Shown here: positions 23,629 through 24,000 of the stretch, one piece after another | Layout of the letters: every line of letters begins with the position of its first letter | How positions within the stretch are numbered: the stretch's first letter is position 1 | NCBI GenBank assembly: GCA_016838825.1 | Contig: JAEHKU010000009.1 | Location: forward strand, 1 to 24,000 | Reading direction: 5' to 3' | Source: Nitrosopumilales archaeon | GTDB taxonomy: Archaea; Thermoproteota; Nitrososphaeria; Nitrososphaerales; Nitrosopumilaceae | Length of the DNA stretch: 24,000 bases | Program-made: the position numbers and the translations under genes | The notes under the pieces: generated by a model | Databases searched by the model: none | The model's input: the letters and a program-made list of their open reading frames with translations, nothing else | Told to the model about the DNA's origin: nothing

Positions 23629-24000
23629 TTGACACTCAGACAACCTATAGTTGCAGTGCTAGGGCACGTAGATTCTGGAAAGACATCACTTCTTGATAAG
23701 ATTCGTGGAACTGGAGTTCAATTAAGAGAAGCCGGTGGTATTACACAACACATCGGTGCAAGTTTTCTTCCTACTGAGACCATAAAGCAAGTTTGTGGTG
23801 AGCTTTTTACAAAATTAAGTAAGGGTGAAAAAACAGTTCCTGGTCTTTTAGTAATCGATACTCCTGGTCATGAAGTATTCACAAATCTAAGAGCACGTGG
23901 TGGTTCTGCTGCTGATATTGCAATTTTGGTAGTTGACGTAAACAAAGGATTCCAACCACAAACTAATGAGAGTTTGAAAATATTACAGACTAAAAAAGTA
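23629..24000 (+). CDS. infB: Translation initiation factor aIF5B (IF2 homologue), N-terminal part; continues beyond the window
   Basis: Not in the track (open-ended). From TTG 23629 I read [46 protein letters not shown]...[38 protein letters not shown], which contains the G1 (GHVDSGKT) and G3 (DTPGH) GTPase motifs. Confidence 0.9.
   Translation, partial: MTLRQPIVAVLGHVDSGKTSLLDKIRGTGVQLREAGGITQHIGASFLPTETIKQVCGELFTKLSKGEKTVPGLLVIDTPGHEVFTNLRARGGSAADIAILVVDVNKGFQPQTNESLKILQTKKV

Noticed and set aside
23620-23631. ndk and infB share a reading frame with only TGA-ATA-GAC between them; considered as stop-codon read-through producing an Ndk-aIF5B fusion.
   Set aside because: TTG 23629 gives a typical aIF5B N-terminus ([19 protein letters not shown]). 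Close packing is the rule in this cluster, and nothing in the sequence indicates a recoding signal.
1-24000. Scan for CRISPR arrays, transposases/IS ends, integrases next to the two tRNA genes, prophage or defence islands, and rRNA.
   Set aside because: No regularly spaced direct repeats, terminal inverted repeats or integrase/transposase-like ORFs are visible. The genes flanking both tRNAs are housekeeping or conserved hypothetical genes with the same AT-rich composition as the rest of the window.

Overview
The window is AT-rich (about one third G+C by eye), gene-dense and compact, and looks like core chromosome of an ammonia-oxidising thaumarchaeon (Nitrosopumilus-like). The archaeal assignment rests on TFB, an Sm-like protein, ribosomal proteins L37e/L7Ae/S28e/L24e, aIF5B and two intron-less tRNA genes without encoded CCA. 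The thaumarchaeal assignment rests on a fused ADP-forming acyl-CoA synthetase sitting directly upstream of 4-hydroxybutyryl-CoA dehydratase, the arrangement described for the hydroxypropionate/hydroxybutyrate CO2-fixation cycle of Nitrosopumilus maritimus. I see no CRISPR array, transposase, integrase or obvious defence island. All homology calls are by-eye motif recognition, with no database search. The points most worth a second look are these. (1) An IPCT/DIPPS-type fusion gene has its conserved nucleotide-binding N-terminus in frame but with no ATG/GTG/TTG start. (2) A UbiE-like, UbiC-like (DUF98) and degenerate UbiA-like membrane protein lie together. (3) Three neighbouring proteins share a C-terminal double-CxxC zinc-ribbon tail around a thioredoxin gene, and one carries a Met/Gly/Pro-rich linker. 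(4) A wHTH, small membrane protein and minimal RNase H-like protein form a tight operon. (5) Three real genes are missing from the ORF track (L37e, an edge-truncated GIY-YIG-like ORF, and aIF5B), and two of them (L37e, GIY-YIG-like) are masked by wrong-frame track ORFs. (6) TTG/GTG start codons are unusually frequent, and several are supported by GGTGAT-type Shine-Dalgarno motifs.
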